From: Cyanophora paradoxa CCMP329
Taxonomy: Eukaryota; Plantae; Glaucophyta
Length of the DNA stretch: 64,000 nt
Direction of reading: 5' to 3'
NCBI GenBank assembly: GCA_004431415.1
Contig: QPMI01000198.1
Coordinates: 82,740-146,739 of the forward strand
The stretch's first letter is position 1. Each line of letters opens with the position of its first letter. Shown in pieces: positions 62,150-64,000 of the stretch. A program made the position numbers and the translations under genes. Below the pieces are notes generated by a model that saw only the letters and a program-made list of their open reading frames with translations, did no database searches and was not told where the DNA came from.

Positions 62150-62775
62150 ATGGCCTCTGCCGCTGCGCCCGCGCCGAGCGCACCTACGACCTCGGACGGT
62201 GGAAGTATCTGGACGGCACGCCTACGACGACCGCCCGGGGCGTGATCGCCGCGCCGCTCGCCAGCTCGGCGTCAAGTCCAGCCGCATCGGTGAGCGAGAT
62301 CGTCGGGCGCCCGGCCGGGGGCGACCCGCACCGCGACCCTCTGCCCCGCCCGCGCCGGCGCCTGGGCGCCTACGAGGCGGTCGGCCGCGCCGCCCACGTC
62401 GCCTGGACGTGCACGAGCAACCTGTGGCGCCCCGCCGCGCGCGCGCGCTCGACGACCGACGCGCCGGTGCGCGCGTCTGCTCCAGCTCCCGTGCCGCCGA
62501 CGCGCCTCGGGTGCGGGCACGTCTTCTGCCTCGGCTGCCTCCTCCCGATCGCGCCGCTCGGTGCCCCCTCTGCCGCGCCGACCCGGGCTCGAGATCGTGC
62601 CGATCCGCCGGCGGCGCACCGGCGCCTCTACGAGGCGGTCGCGAGGCCTACGCGGCGCGGCTCGCCGAGGCCGCCGCGGGGCTGGACCCGGCCCTCCCGC
62701 GGGCCCTCTGCGCGCGCTTCGTCGATCCCGCTGGCTCTCCCCGCCCGATCGAGACGGCGCCGCGCGAGCGCGTGA
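62150..62775 (+). CDS. RING-HC (C3HC4) finger protein, intronless, frameshifted; 3' end uncertain
   Basis: C..C, then PTRLGCGHVFCLGCL and ARCPLCRA (62470-62580). ATG 62150; divergent from the primase-helicase gene. Confidence 0.65.
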
Positions 62776-62965
62776 GCCGGCGCGCGCCGCGCCTCGCGCC
62801 TTGCCCTTGTATGTGTGTGTATATATACGTACCCTGTGGCCTGCGCAGGGCGTTATATAACATATATATATCTCGTACCGAATTTGAATTGTATTTGAAT
62901 TATATTAGAGGGGGGACGCGTACCCGGGATCGGTGCGGTTTTTTTTTCCTTGCGCGCTCGTCGCT

Positions 62966-63830
62966 GTGCCCTTGAGGTTGCGGTAGCCCCCTTTCTCCAC
63001 ATAGAAGCGGGAAATGGCCGAGCTCTGCGCGGGGGGGGAGTGTGAAAAAGGGGGTACGGTAGCCGACGAACAAGGTGCGGGGGGGGAGGGGGTGGAAGAG
63101 GAGGGGAGAGGGGGCAAGACGAACAAAGGGGCGGACCGAGACGCCTTGCCGCCGCTCTACCCCCTAGACTCCTCCCCCCTGCACAGAGCTCGTCCGATTA
63201 CCGGCAATGCGGGGAGCGGGACGGGGAGGGTGTGAAAAGGGGGTACGGTAGCCGACGAGAGGGTGCGGGGGGGTGAAGAGGGGGGGAGAGAGGGGGCAAG
63301 ACGAACAACAGGGCGGGACCGAGACGCCCTTGCCGCCGCTCTACCCCTTGACCTCCTCCCCCTGCACAGAGCTCGTCCGATTACCGGGCAATGCGGGAGC
63401 GGACGGGGGAGTGTGAAAAGGGGTACGTGAAAGAGGGGGGAGATGGGGGCAGACGAACAAAAGGGCGGACCGAGACGCCTTGCCCGCCGCTCTACCCCCC
63501 TGGACCTCCTCCCCCCTGCACAGAGCTCGTCCGATTACCGGGCAATGCGGGCGGGACGGGGGCGCGTACCGGCCGACGCCGTGCACGGAGGTACTGCTTC
63601 CGGATCGACTCGCTCACCTACCTCTCGCCGTGCCCTTGAGGTCGCGGTACCCCCCTTCTCCACATAGAAGCGGGAAATGGCCGAGCTCTGTGCGGGGGGA
63701 GAGTGTGAAAATGGGGTACGGTAGCCAACGAGAGGGTGCGGGGGGGGTGAAAGAGGGGGGTGAGGGGGGCAAGACGAACAAAGGGGCGGGACCGAGACGC
63801 CTTGCCCGCCGCTCTACCCCCCCTAGACCT
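62966..63830. repeat. Right array: ~155-185-bp tandem units within a ~664-bp higher-order repeat, sharing the left-array core
   Basis: CCCCTGCACAGAGCTCGTCCGATTACCG at about 63177, 63360 and 63514. GTGCCCTTGAGGT..CACATAGAAGCGGGAAATGGCCGAGCTCTG at 62966 and 63630. GACGAACAAAGGGGCGGACCGAGACGCCTTG occurs x4. Confidence 0.9.
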
Positions 63831-64000
63831 CCTCCGCGGGCGGGGGCGCGTACCCCCGCAGCACCCGGGGCAGCCGCGCCACCCCCCCGTGCACGCCTGC
63901 GCAGCCGAGGGGGGTAGGCCCGCGCCGACGAGGCGCCGAACAGATGAAGGCGTCTCCGGCTCTGCAAAATTAGTTGAATCGGTACGGCGCGGCGGGTGGA

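Larger units (their letters stand above)
50165..63830. mobile_element. Putative endogenous virus-like / self-replicating element: primase-helicase cassette flanked by related repeat arrays (true ends not determined; may include 46.7-49.9 kb and extend beyond the window)
   Basis: Intronless genes in an otherwise intron-dense genome; an AEP + UL9-like helicase gene; F-box and RING genes; both flanking arrays share the same 15-mer core. Confidence 0.6.

Overview
GC-rich eukaryotic nuclear DNA with very short (about 55-90 nt) spliceosomal introns, many using GC rather than GT donors. A plastid-type NTRC with a Phe-near-N-terminus transit peptide points to a primary-plastid alga, probably a glaucophyte such as Cyanophora (inference). 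1-42.7 kb is densely packed with intron-rich host genes: a bacterial Pkn2-like Ser/Thr kinase, a coiled-coil gene present twice as a ~3.4 kb inverted duplication 22.7 kb apart, a ubiquitin-like/MORN1 fusion, a TRF/TRB-like Myb protein, NTRC, ZFPL1, a giant low-GC type I membrane protein and a Tubby protein. From ~42.8 kb the character changes: a MITE-like element, a C-to-T-decayed relic, a 5-exon divergent histone H3 (H3-like tail with K27R/S28A on a cenH3-like fold) and a RING-like gene. These are followed by a ~13.7 kb intronless virus-like cassette (AEP primase + UL52-type Zn finger + UL9/OBP-like SF2 helicase, F-box/beta-propeller, RING E3, orphan) bracketed by tandem arrays that share one palindrome-rich 15-mer (CAGAGCTCGGCCGAT). 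That cassette and the H3 variant are the most notable features. Exon boundaries were read by eye; GC and identity values are visual estimates.
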